Shown: one piece after another, positions 44,161-53,407 of the stretch
How positions within the stretch are numbered: position 1 is the stretch's first letter
How the letters are laid out: the number at the start of each line of letters is the position of its first letter
Assembly (NCBI GenBank): GCA_018500015.2
Contig: JAHBAR020000033.1
Coordinates: forward strand, 1-54,775
From: Candidatus Kerfeldbacteria bacterium
GTDB lineage: Bacteria > Patescibacteriota > Patescibacteriia > UBA9570 > XYC2-FULL-38-9
DNA: 54,775 nucleotides
Reading direction: 5' to 3'
Translations under genes and position numbers: made by a program
The notes under the pieces: model-generated
The model's input: the letters and a program-made list of their open reading frames with translations, nothing else
Database searches by the model: none
Told to the model about the DNA's origin: nothing

Positions 44161-45209
44161 TGCTTGGCGTTTTAGAAAAAATAGATCACATTTTTCGTGC
44201 GCACCACATCACGCAGTGGGCCTTGTTGCCCGTGAGTGAGAGTACTACTGCGCACCATCTCGACCAATGGCTTGCGCAGAACATGCACGGCACTATGCAG
44301 TGGATGCAACGCGAAGATACTGTGCGCAAACGCCACGATGTGCACCAGATTGTTCCGTGGGCACGCAGTATTATCACATGCGCGATTCCATACACGCCGC
44401 CTGTTATTCCTCCAGAGCTTCTGAGCGACCGGTCGCGTGGCATCATTGCCCGCTACGCACTATTTGACGATTATCACGACGTACTCACTCAGCAACTCAC
44501 CCATGCAGCAGAAGCACTCAAAAAAGAGCTCGGCGATTTTCAGTACCGCGTCTATGTCGACACTGGTCCTATCTTAGAGCGCGAATGGGCGCAGCGCGGT
44601 GAGCTCGGATTTTTCGGTCGCAATTCTAATCTCATCGATTGGAGTTTGGGTTCGTATCTTTTTTTGTGCGAGATCATTGTGAGCATTCCACTTCCAGAAG
44701 TAAAACGAAAACAGATCGGCAGTTGCGGACATTGCCGTGCGTGCAAAGATGGTTGTCCAACACAAGCTATCATCGACGATAAGATTGTTGATGCGCGCAA
44801 ATGCATTTCGTATCTCACCATCGAATACAAAGGTTCAATTCCAGAGGAGCTTCGCCCGCTCATGAAAAATCGAATTTACGGCTGTGATATTTGCCAAGAA
44901 GTATGTCCGTGGAATCGCAAGCCAAAATCAAACGAAGAGTGGATGCATACGCTCAATCTGCATCGCGATCGCATTGCACCACCACTCGAAAGCCTCCTCT
45001 TTTTTTCCGACGATGATTTTAAGCGCTGGACTCTTCACTCTCCAATGACGCGCGTCAAGCGTGAGTGCTTCATGCGCAATATCAGCGTAGCACTCGGCAA
45101 CTGGGGCACCCACGACGCATCACTTCTCTTAAAAGATATTGTGCGTCTCGACACCTCTCCGCTCGTTCTCGAGCATGCACAGTGGGCTCTCTCACAATGC
45201 AGCGGGTGA
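44160..45209 (+). CDS. queG: Epoxyqueuosine reductase
   Basis: HGTMQWM, IARYA..DYH, VDTGPILER, CGHCRACKDGCPT, CISYLTIE, GCDICQEVCPWN, RNISVALGN. Confidence 0.92.
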   Translation: MLGVLEKIDHIFRAHHITQWALLPVSESTTAHHLDQWLAQNMHGTMQWMQREDTVRKRHDVHQIVPWARSIITCAIPYTPPVIPPELLSDRSRGIIARYALFDDYHDVLTQQLTHAAEALKKELGDFQYRVYVDTGPILEREWAQRGELGFFGRNSNLIDWSLGSYLFLCEIIVSIPLPEVKRKQIGSCGHCRACKDGCPTQAIIDDKIVDARKCISYLTIEYKGSIPEELRPLMKNRIYGCDICQEVCPWNRKPKSNEEWMHTLNLHRDRIAPPLESLLFFSDDDFKRWTLHSPMTRVKRECFMRNISVALGNWGTHDASLLLKDIVRLDTSPLVLEHAQWALSQCSG

Positions 45210-45283
45210 CGCCGGAGCAGGGACCCTGGCCGCACGGAGCCGCAGGCGAGTACGGACGGGGTGCGTAGTGCGGCAGGACCCGC
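45202..45283. repeat. GC-rich structured intergenic element
   Basis: GCGGGT/ACCCGC and GCCGCAC/GTGCGGC pairings; GC far above background. Confidence 0.5.
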
Positions 45284-45302
45284 GTGTGATATACTGATGT
45301 GT

Positions 45303-46463
45303 ATGAAAATCGGTATCGACTGCCGCACAATGTTGAATCCCGCACTTGGAGAGCGCGCTGGTGTTGGGCATTACACAAAGGAACTTGTTGATCACCTCAT
45401 CCCAATTCTCAAAAAAGGGGATGAGCTCGTCTTGTTTTTCGATCAACGCATGCCAGACGCAGTCCTTACTACTTACGCAAAACACAAACAAGTGCGCGTT
45501 AAACGTTTTCCGCTCGCAAAGTACAAAAAATATTTGCCGTTTGGCTATTCACATGTTGTTGTAGCTCAAGCGCTTGCTCGTGAGAAGCTCGATGTCTTTC
45601 ACGCACCGGCGTACATCATTCCGTATCAGTATAAAGGAAAGTCTGTTGTCACCATTCACGACCTCGCTATCTACGCGCATCCGGAATGGTTTCCGTCAAA
45701 GCAGAAGTTTTCTACAGATGTTCTTGTCCCACGCTCGATTAAAAAATCAGAACGCGTCATCGCAGTCTCTCAAGCAACGGCTCGTTCGGTGCTCAAACAA
45801 TTTCGTGTTTTAGCTTCTGGTGTTGTCACAATATACGAAGGAGTAAACACGCAGCCCAAAATTTTTGCCGCAACAGCAAAACGTATCCTCGAGGAAAAAT
45901 CTATTGGTAAAAAATATCTCTTATTTATCGGCACTATTGAGCCTCGCAAAAATATTGATCAACTCATCAAGGCATTTGACCAAGCGATGCATACGTTAGG
46001 TGAGAGCGGCGATGACGTGCAACTCGTGCTCGCTGGTGGCAAAGGCTGGAATCACGAAGGCATTTTTCGCACAATTGCAAACGCTGATTACTCCACACGC
46101 GTGCGTTACGTCGGCTACATCAGCGACGAAGAAAAAACCGCACTCCTCAAAAACGCGATGTTGTTTGTCTTTCCATCATTGTGGGAAGGTTTTGGTTTGC
46201 CAGTGCTTGAAGCGCAAGCAGCGGGCATTCCTGTTATTACGTCCAACGTGTCATCGCTTCCAGAGGTTGGTGGAAGAGCTGCGGTGTACTGCGATCCAAA
46301 AAGTGTGACGAGTTTGAGCAAAGCGCTTGTGAGTGTTATTCGCAGCAAAGCAAAACGCACAGCAATGTCTGCTGCTGGTAAAAAACACGCCGCAACTTTT
46401 TCGTGGACACGTTGCGCAAAAGAGACGTATCAGGTATACAAGGAGCTCTATGCACAAGAGTAA
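45303..46463 (+). CDS. GT4 glycosyltransferase
   Basis: MKIGID, VTIHDL, GTIEPRKN, FPSLWEGFGLPVLEA. Confidence 0.92.
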   Translation: MKIGIDCRTMLNPALGERAGVGHYTKELVDHLIPILKKGDELVLFFDQRMPDAVLTTYAKHKQVRVKRFPLAKYKKYLPFGYSHVVVAQALAREKLDVFHAPAYIIPYQYKGKSVVTIHDLAIYAHPEWFPSKQKFSTDVLVPRSIKKSERVIAVSQATARSVLKQFRVLASGVVTIYEGVNTQPKIFAATAKRILEEKSIGKKYLLFIGTIEPRKNIDQLIKAFDQAMHTLGESGDDVQLVLAGGKGWNHEGIFRTIANADYSTRVRYVGYISDEEKTALLKNAMLFVFPSLWEGFGLPVLEAQAAGIPVITSNVSSLPEVGGRAAVYCDPKSVTSLSKALVSVIRSKAKRTAMSAAGKKHAATFSWTRCAKETYQVYKELYAQE

Positions 46464-47070
46464 GCTTCTCGATCAATTCCCAGAAATTTCCTACGGTATT
46501 GCTGTACCTGCTGAACTCGTGCCTACTAATGCTGTGCGTGGTGAACAGGTGCACAAAGAGACAATCGCTTGGGTAGGCGAGCATACAGAGTCTCCAATTG
46601 CTCGCACTGACGCGTTGCTTACTCGCGAAAAAGCAAAACCACTCGCAGTCTACACTGCCGATTGCGTTCCCGTTCTTCTCTACGAACCAAAACGTCGCAT
46701 CGTCGGCACAGTGCATGCAGGTTGGCGCGGCACGGCTCTTGAAATTGTGCGCAAAAGTATTGAAGCGCTCAAATGTCCGCCAAAAGATTTTCGTGTCATT
46801 CTTGGCCCTGCAATTTGTCCGAATTGTTTTGAAGTGGGCGCAGAGGTATCTCGACAGTTTGATCCCTCATGCGTGCGTGAATCAGAAAAAGAAGAAGGAA
46901 AGTTTCTCGTAGACCTTTGGCAAGCAAACATCAATCAATGTCTTGAGCTTGAAATTCCTGAAAGCCATATCGAAGTTATTCGTGTGTGCACTTTTGAGAC
47001 ACAAAAGCTCGCCTCATTTCGTCGCGATCATTCCGACTCGCGCAACTTTTCTTGGATCGCTCAAAAATAG
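46450..47070 (+). CDS. pgeF: PgeF/YfiH (laccase-like domain) protein
   Basis: QVH, TADCVPVLL, VHAGWRG, GPAICPNCFEVG, SFRRD. Confidence 0.9.
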   Translation: MHKSKLLDQFPEISYGIAVPAELVPTNAVRGEQVHKETIAWVGEHTESPIARTDALLTREKAKPLAVYTADCVPVLLYEPKRRIVGTVHAGWRGTALEIVRKSIEALKCPPKDFRVILGPAICPNCFEVGAEVSRQFDPSCVRESEKEEGKFLVDLWQANINQCLELEIPESHIEVIRVCTFETQKLASFRRDHSDSRNFSWIAQK

Positions 47071-47152
47071 CGTATAAAAAAACGAACGCTCCTCTGCGCA
47101 CAAGCCTAGAACCTCACCTCTCTTTCGTCAATATGCTATACTCTTTTTCATT

Positions 47153-47701
47153 ATGCATCATTCTGAAAATAATTTTGCGTTTATTGATAGTCAAAATATC
47201 AATCTTGGTATTAAAAGCCTTGGTTGGACGCTTGATTTTCGACGCTTTCGAATATTTCTTAGAGATAAGTATCACGTCACGCAGGCGTTTCTATTTATTG
47301 GATATGTCCCGGGCAATGAACGCTTATATGCAGCTCTGCAATCGTATGGTTATATCTGTATTTTTAAGCCCACGCTTCAGCTCGCAAACAAACAGGTGAA
47401 AGGTAATGTCGATGCAGAACTTGTGCTTCATACTATGATTCACAGCACAGAATTTGATAAGGCGGTGATCGTCTCTGGTGACGGAGATTTTTATTGTTTG
47501 GCTGAACACTTACTCCAAGAGCAGAAGTTACTCAAAATTTTGGTACCAAACTATAGATACTCAAGTTTATTAAAAAAACTCAATACTTCTAGTTTAACGA
47601 TGATTGATATATTAAGTGAACATCGCAAAAAATTGGAATATCACCATAAAGAAAAAGGCTCCGAGCGGGACTTGCCCCGATCAGAACCTATTTCGTCGTG
47701 A
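47153..47701 (+). CDS. NYN (LabA/DUF88, PIN-fold) ribonuclease
   Basis: AFIDSQN, KGNVDAELV, IVSGDGDF with the acidic residues intact; AT-richer than its neighbours. Confidence 0.88.
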   Translation: MHHSENNFAFIDSQNINLGIKSLGWTLDFRRFRIFLRDKYHVTQAFLFIGYVPGNERLYAALQSYGYICIFKPTLQLANKQVKGNVDAELVLHTMIHSTEFDKAVIVSGDGDFYCLAEHLLQEQKLLKILVPNYRYSSLLKKLNTSSLTMIDILSEHRKKLEYHHKEKGSERDLPRSEPISS

Positions 47702-47702
47702 T
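47648..47702 (-). ncRNA. Putative ~55-nt antisense hairpin RNA overlapping the NYN 3' end
   Basis: Minus strand reads ATCACGACGAAAT-AGGTTCTGATCGGGG-CAAG-TCCCGCTCGGAGCCT-TTTTCTTT, downstream of TTGACT-18-TATAGT. Confidence 0.6.
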
Positions 47703-47708
47703 GCTTAC

Positions 47709-47738
47709 ACTATATCTTAAAGATGGTAGTAAAGTCAA
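47709..47738 (-). promoter_or_regulatory. Antisense promoter
   Basis: TTGACT (47738-47733), 18-nt spacer, TATAGT (47714-47709). Confidence 0.6.
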
Positions 47739-47777
47739 TAGCTGTGTATACTCAATTAGACCAACAAGTAAAATAGT

Positions 47778-50714
47778 ATGAAACCCTCCACTCAGCACCC
47801 AGCAAAAAGCCAATTTTCCGAAATGGAAGAACGTGTCATTGAATTGTGGGACAAAAATAACACTTTTCAGCGTTCTGTTGATGAGCGCCCAGCTGATCAA
47901 GCCTACAGTTTTTACGATGGCCCACCGTTTGCAACAGGCCTTCCGCACTACGGTCATATTTTAGCCTCCATCAACAAAGATGTCGTGCCGCGTTATCACA
48001 CTATGCGGGGACAGCGTGTTGAGCGTGTCTGGGGTTGGGATTGTCATGGACTTCCTATCGAGAACATCATCGAAAAAGATTTGAATCTCAAAACCAAACA
48101 TGACATCGAAAATTTTGGTGTTGCTAAATTCAACGATGCCTGCAAAGCGACGGTGTTCACCTATGCAGAAGAGTGGAAAAAAACCATTCGTCGTCTGGGT
48201 CGTTGGGTCGACATGGAACACGACTACAAAACCATGGATCGCAACTTCATGGAAAGTGTGTGGTGGGTGTTTAAACAACTCTGGGATCGCAATTTGGTGT
48301 ATGAAGGCAAAAAGTCCATGCACATCTGCACACGCTGCGTAACGCCTCTTTCAAATTTTGAAGTCACGCTCGGATACAAAGATGTGAAAGACATTGCTGC
48401 TTTTGTGAAATTCCAGCTTACGGATTGTGAAGTACCAACATATATCATCGCGTGGACAACGACTCCATGGACATTGCCGGGCAACGTTGCGCTCGCAATC
48501 GGAAAAGACGTGCAGTATGTCGAAGTTGAATGCGAAGGCGCGCGTTACATTGTTTCATCTCACGCTGTCGAAAAATTATTTGCTGATAAAGAGCATTCAA
48601 TCACAAATCGCTACACAGCCGATCAACTCGCAGGAAAAGCGTATACACCAGTCTTTGATTTTTTCGCAAAAGATTCAGAGCTCGAAAATCACAGCAACGG
48701 TTGGAAAATCTACATTGGTGATTTTGTTTCTGATGTCGAAGGTACGGGCGTTGTGCATATCGCTCCAGCATTTGGTGAAGATGACATGAATTTGGGCAAG
48801 CAAGAGAAGTTGCCATTTGTTCAACACGTTTCAATGGATGGGAAGTTCACGCAAGAGTTAGAGAGTCTCGCTGGCATTCAGGTGAAACCAAAAGGGGAAG
48901 ATCAAGAGCGTTTGCAAGCCGACATCGCAATCATCAAAGCGCTCCAAGAAAACGGAACGCTCTTCAAAAAAGAAAATGTCACACACAGCTATCCACATTG
49001 TTGGCGCTGCGACACGCCGCTTCTTAACTACGCAACAAGCAGTTGGTTTGTGAGTGTGACTGAGATGAAAGAAGATCTGCTCGCCAACAATCAAAAAATC
49101 AATTGGCATCCAGAGCATCTCAAAGATGGTCGTTTTGGCCAGTGGCTCGAAAATGCACGCGACTGGGCAATTTCTCGCAACCGCTATTGGGGCACGCCGC
49201 TTCCTGTGTGGCGCGCTGACGACGGCGAACTGATGTGCGTAGGCAGCGTCAAAGAGCTCGAGCAATTGTCTGGCACTCACGCAACTGATCTTCACAAGCA
49301 GTTTGTCGACGAAATCACATTTGAAAAAAACGGCAAAACATTCCGCCGCATTCCCGAAGTCTTTGATTGTTGGTTTGAATCAGGGAGCATGCCATACGCA
49401 CAAATGCATTATCCATTTGAGAATAAGGAACACTTCGAAGCAAGTTTTCCAGCTGATTTTATTTCCGAAGCGCAAGATCAAACGCGCGGTTGGTTTTACA
49501 CACTGCATGTGCTTGCAACCGCTTTAACGCGCGGAGAGAATCCGGCAATTCCATCAACAGGAGGCACTACGCCCGCATTTAAAAATGTGAGCGTGTTTGG
49601 CATTGTGCTCGCAGCCGATGGAAAAAAGATGAGTAAGAAGCTCAAAAATTATCCTGACCCAACGGTCGTGCTCGAAAAATACGGAGCCGATGTACTGCGT
49701 TTGTACCTCGCGCAATCGCCGGTTATCGATATGGAACCACTCAACTTTGATGAAAAAGATGTTGAAGAGTTGCATCGAAAATACACCAATACATTGTGGA
49801 ACGTTTACACATTTTTCAAAACATTTGCTGACAACGAACCAGCCACAATCACAGAGATTACGAATCCAGATGAGCTCTCAGATCCAATGGATGAGTGGAT
49901 CATGACCAATCTTCAGTTGCTACTCAAGCGCGTGACTGCTGGATATGAAGCGTACCATTTGCGTGATGTCGCACTGCCACTTCTTGATTTTGTGCAAGAA
50001 CTTTCGACGTGGTATGTGCGCCGTATTCGTACCCGTTGCAAAAGCGAGAACGCTGCAGATCGTATGATGGCACTGCGCACGCTCTACACTGTGCTCAAAA
50101 ATTTTGTTTGCATCGCTGCGCCAGTTACACCATTCATCACTGAAGAGATCTATCAACAACTCCGTACACAATCCGACGCTGACTCTGTGCATCTTGCACA
50201 CTGGCCAGAGGTACATGAAGCGATGATCAACTCCAAAGTAATGGAGGATATGGAATGTGTTCGCGCTTCGATTGAAGCAGCGCTTGCTTTGCGCGCCGAA
50301 CACAAACTCAAAGTGCGCCAGCCATTGCAGAGCGTCACTATCACTGGCGAAGAGTTAGCAAAAGAATTGCAAGCAGTCATCGCAGAAGAGTTGAATGTCA
50401 AAGAAGTCCATGTTGGCTCTGCGTACGCAATCGACACAACACTCACACCTGAGCTCAAAGCCGAAGGACTCTTGCGCGAACTTGTACGCCAAACAAATGC
50501 ATTGCGCAAAAATCAGAAACTCACACTCAATGATCGCGTCAACATCACCATCGCAACACAATCCGAAGCGATCACTCAGATGCTCTCTGTCCATACAGAC
50601 GAATATCTTCGCCAAGTGCTAGGCTTGACACTCACAATCACAGAAGCCGGAGCGGGAGAAGCGATGAATTGCGACGGCGAGCAACTCACGATGAGCCTTA
50701 CTGTGCATGGCTAA
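47778..50714 (+). CDS. ileS: Isoleucyl-tRNA synthetase (type 2)
   Basis: DGPPFATGLPHYGH, GWDCHGLP, AWTTTPWTL, DWAISRNRYWG, DQTRGWFY, KMSKK. Confidence 0.96.
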   Translation: MKPSTQHPAKSQFSEMEERVIELWDKNNTFQRSVDERPADQAYSFYDGPPFATGLPHYGHILASINKDVVPRYHTMRGQRVERVWGWDCHGLPIENIIEKDLNLKTKHDIENFGVAKFNDACKATVFTYAEEWKKTIRRLGRWVDMEHDYKTMDRNFMESVWWVFKQLWDRNLVYEGKKSMHICTRCVTPLSNFEVTLGYKDVKDIAAFVKFQLTDCEVPTYIIAWTTTPWTLPGNVALAIGKDVQYVEVECEGARYIVSSHAVEKLFADKEHSITNRYTADQLAGKAYTPVFDFFAKDSELENHSNGWKIYIGDFVSDVEGTGVVHIAPAFGEDDMNLGKQEKLPFVQHVSMDGKFTQELESLAGIQVKPKGEDQERLQADIAIIKALQENGTLFKKENVTHSYPHCWRCDTPLLNYATSSWFVSVTEMKEDLLANNQKINWHPEHLKDGRFGQWLENARDWAISRNRYWGTPLPVWRADDGELMCVGSVKELEQLSGTHATDLHKQFVDEITFEKNGKTFRRIPEVFDCWFESGSMPYAQMHYPFENKEHFEASFPADFISEAQDQTRGWFYTLHVLATALTRGENPAIPSTGGTTPAFKNVSVFGIVLAADGKKMSKKLKNYPDPTVVLEKYGADVLRLYLAQSPVIDMEPLNFDEKDVEELHRKYTNTLWNVYTFFKTFADNEPATITEITNPDELSDPMDEWIMTNLQLLLKRVTAGYEAYHLRDVALPLLDFVQELSTWYVRRIRTRCKSENAADRMMALRTLYTVLKNFVCIAAPVTPFITEEIYQQLRTQSDADSVHLAHWPEVHEAMINSKVMEDMECVRASIEAALALRAEHKLKVRQPLQSVTITGEELAKELQAVIAEELNVKEVHVGSAYAIDTTLTPELKAEGLLRELVRQTNALRKNQKLTLNDRVNITIATQSEAITQMLSVHTDEYLRQVLGLTLTITEAGAGEAMNCDGEQLTMSLTVHG

Positions 50715-51477
50715 GACCTACACCGATAGCGGCATCATTCTCAAGCGCTGGAACTACAAAGAACGCGACCGCATGGTTCGTGTTCTTGCTGCAAGCAAGG
50801 GAAAAATTACGTGTCGTCTTATCAGCGGAAAAAAACTCACTTCAAAACTCGCCGGCAACTGTGAACCGTTTATGATTGCCGACTTCTTTTTTGCGCAATC
50901 AAAAACTATCGACATTCTTGCTGGCTCTGTACCAACGGAAACGCTTTCGAATTTGCGCACTGACCCGTACCGTTACGCCTGCGCAGGATTTTTTTCTGAA
51001 CTTATTGATCGCCTCACCGAAGACAACGACCCGGAGCCAGCAGTCTATGAGTACGTTCTTTCCGTATTTCGTATTTTTCATGAAGAGCCAGCGCATGTGC
51101 TGATGCTCACCGCTGCAGCACTCCAGCTTTTTGTGTTGCTTGGATACCATCCTGAGTTGCGCAATTGCGTGGTGTGTCGCAACCCAATTCGCGAAGAGCA
51201 GGGGAATCAGTGGAATATGGCTATCTGGGGAGTGCAATGTCCGCGCTGTGTGTCACAAGACGCAACAATTCGAGTCAGTATTTCAAGTATTAAAATCATT
51301 CGTTTCCTTCTCGAGCACGATGTCCGCGCAAGTAAAAGCATGAAGCTTTCTGAAGCCGAGTGGACAGAAAGTTTTGCTGTTATTCTGGCCATGGTGCACT
51401 ATCTGGTCGGCCAAGAGCTCTTATCAGAACGCGTTCTCCTCGGTCTCAACTGGTCACGTCATTCGCGAATGACGTGA
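50707..51477 (+). CDS. recO: DNA repair protein RecO
   Basis: GIILKRWNYKERDRMV OB-fold; LGYHPEL..CVVC...CPRC Zn finger. Confidence 0.88.
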   Translation: MAKTYTDSGIILKRWNYKERDRMVRVLAASKGKITCRLISGKKLTSKLAGNCEPFMIADFFFAQSKTIDILAGSVPTETLSNLRTDPYRYACAGFFSELIDRLTEDNDPEPAVYEYVLSVFRIFHEEPAHVLMLTAAALQLFVLLGYHPELRNCVVCRNPIREEQGNQWNMAIWGVQCPRCVSQDATIRVSISSIKIIRFLLEHDVRASKSMKLSEAEWTESFAVILAMVHYLVGQELLSERVLLGLNWSRHSRMT

Positions 51478-51512
51478 CTGGTCACGCTACAGATGAGTTT
51501 TTGTTTGCGAAT

Positions 51513-51595
51513 AACAACAAGATTGCTTCGCTTCGCTCGCAATGACAAGCTGCTGTCATTGCGAGGAGTTTTAACTCCGAAGCAATCTTGTTGTT
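51513..51595. repeat. Inverted pair of REP-like elements
   Basis: AACAACAAGATTGCTTCG..CTCGCAATGACA / TGTCATTGCGAG..CGAAGCAATCTTGTTGTT. Confidence 0.8.
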
Positions 51596-51677
51596 CATTC
51601 TCACGCGAAGCAACTATTGACAATTTTGCGATTTTGTGCTATTTTCTTTTGTTAAGTCTTAAACGCCTTTCACCCAT

Positions 51678-52844
51678 ATGCGTATCGCAATGATAGGACA
51701 AAAAGGAGCTCCAGCCGTCTGGGGAGGCGTTGAACGTCATGTTGAGCACCTCTCGAGTGAGCTTTCGCGCCGTGGCCACGAAGTCACCATTTTTGCTCGC
51801 CATCACTACGTCACCCCTGAACAAGCGGCTGCATATACTCGTGAGCACAAAAATATTTCCGTGCACTTTTTGCCAACGCTCAACACCAAACATCTTGATG
51901 CAATCACCCATACGTTTTTTGCAACTGTTGTGGCAATGCTACAGAATGTCGACGTGTATCACTACCATAGTGTCGGCCCATCACTCCTTTCCTTCTTGCC
52001 CCGCATATTCCGCCCACACGCAACAGTGGTTACGACATTTCATAGTCCAGATCGTCAGCACCAAAAATGGGGTCGTTTCGCGAAGTTCATGCTCACTCTT
52101 GGCGAATGGACCGCTGTGAAGTTTTCACATCAGTGCATCACAGTCTCCAAAGAGTTGCAGCGATATGCGCTCGATCGTTATGGCGCACAAACGTATTATG
52201 TACCAAACGCAGTTGATGCTCCTGTATACGCAGATGCGTCCATGATTCAATCTCAATATGGGTTAACTCAAGGGAGTTACTTCGTGATTGTTTCGCGTTT
52301 GATTCCACACAAAGGTGTACATATTGCGATCGAGGCGTTCAAAAAAGTTCCGCAGATCGATAAAAAACTGGTGATCGTTGGCGACGCGTCGCACACTGAA
52401 GAGTATGTTACAGAGCTTCGTACGCTTGCTGCAGGAGATGAGCGTATCATCTTCACCGGTTTCCAACACGGTCGCATGTTGCAAGAGTTATGGAGTAACG
52501 CCTATGCCTCTATTCATCCTTCATTCTCTGAAGGTCTTTCAATCGCATTGCTGGAAGCGGCAAGCTACGGAATTCCAGTCATCTCTTCTGACATCACCCC
52601 AAATCTCGAAGTGGTGGGAGAGTATGCTACAACATACGCGTCTAGTGATGTGAATGCGTTGGCATATATTCTTCATACGTATAACGCCGAATCAAAAGCA
52701 GTGCAAGACAAGGCAAAAGCGTTGCGCGTGCAGATTGAGAAAGCATATACATGGAATGCTGTCGCCACATCTATTGAGTCTATCTACAACGAGCGCCAAC
52801 AAGCTGAAGACGTTGCCGGTTGGCACCTCAAAACACTGCCATAA
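51678..52844 (+). CDS. GT4 glycosyltransferase
   Basis: MRIAMIGQKG..GGVERHV, SRLIPHKG, PSFSEGLSIALLEA. Confidence 0.92.
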   Translation: MRIAMIGQKGAPAVWGGVERHVEHLSSELSRRGHEVTIFARHHYVTPEQAAAYTREHKNISVHFLPTLNTKHLDAITHTFFATVVAMLQNVDVYHYHSVGPSLLSFLPRIFRPHATVVTTFHSPDRQHQKWGRFAKFMLTLGEWTAVKFSHQCITVSKELQRYALDRYGAQTYYVPNAVDAPVYADASMIQSQYGLTQGSYFVIVSRLIPHKGVHIAIEAFKKVPQIDKKLVIVGDASHTEEYVTELRTLAAGDERIIFTGFQHGRMLQELWSNAYASIHPSFSEGLSIALLEAASYGIPVISSDITPNLEVVGEYATTYASSDVNALAYILHTYNAESKAVQDKAKALRVQIEKAYTWNAVATSIESIYNERQQAEDVAGWHLKTLP

Positions 52845-52875
52845 AAAACAGAGATTTAACCCTCTGTTTTTTATG
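52840..52875. terminator. Bidirectional terminator-like hairpin
   Basis: CATAAAAAACAGAG / CTCTGTTTTTTATG. Confidence 0.65.
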
Positions 52876-52888
52876 TATTAAACAAGCA

Positions 52889-52924
52889 TTGTCATTGCGA
52901 GCGTAGCGAAGCAATCTTGTTGTT
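52889..52924. repeat. Third REP-like copy
   Basis: TTGTCATTGCGAGCGTAGCGAAGCAATCTTGTTGTT is 35/36 identical to the reverse complement of 51513-51548. Confidence 0.8.
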
Positions 52925-52958
52925 TTTTTGCTTTTAGTATGGTATACTCCCGGTCGTT

Positions 52959-53375
52959 ATGGCACTCACGCGCGCATCAATAAAACAAATTTTGCGTTTT
53001 GGCATTGTCGGTATCTCAAACACAATGATTGATGCTCTTGTATATGTGGCCTTGCGTCATGAAAGCGCTTTTTTTGAAAAACACTTTTTATTTGCCTCCC
53101 TTATCGCATTTTGTGTCGCCACGCTCAACAGCTTTTTTTGGAACAAGCATTGGACCTTTAAACACAAGAGCCTGTACTCTCACAAGCAACTCGCAGGCTT
53201 TTACTTCCTCTCTTCTGTAGCATTGTGCGTTAACCAAATCACATTGTATGTGGTGACTAAACTTATTATACCAGGCCTACCAGCCAAGCTTATCGCTTCT
53301 GCAACCACAAGTATCGTCAGCTTTATTATGCAAAAAAGGACAATTTTTAAAACACACAAAAGTGTGGTTGCTTGA
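52959..53375 (+). CDS. GtrA family protein
   Basis: RFGIVGISNTMID, SFFWNKHWTF; 4 TM. Confidence 0.9.
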   Translation: MALTRASIKQILRFGIVGISNTMIDALVYVALRHESAFFEKHFLFASLIAFCVATLNSFFWNKHWTFKHKSLYSHKQLAGFYFLSSVALCVNQITLYVVTKLIIPGLPAKLIASATTSIVSFIMQKRTIFKTHKSVVA

Positions 53376-53407
53376 GGGCTGTAAAAAAGCTATACTAAAA
53401 TAAAACT

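Noticed and set aside
47778-50714. IleRS2 as an acquired mupirocin-resistance gene
   Set aside because: It sits in a housekeeping context coupled to recO, with host-like composition and no mobility signs.
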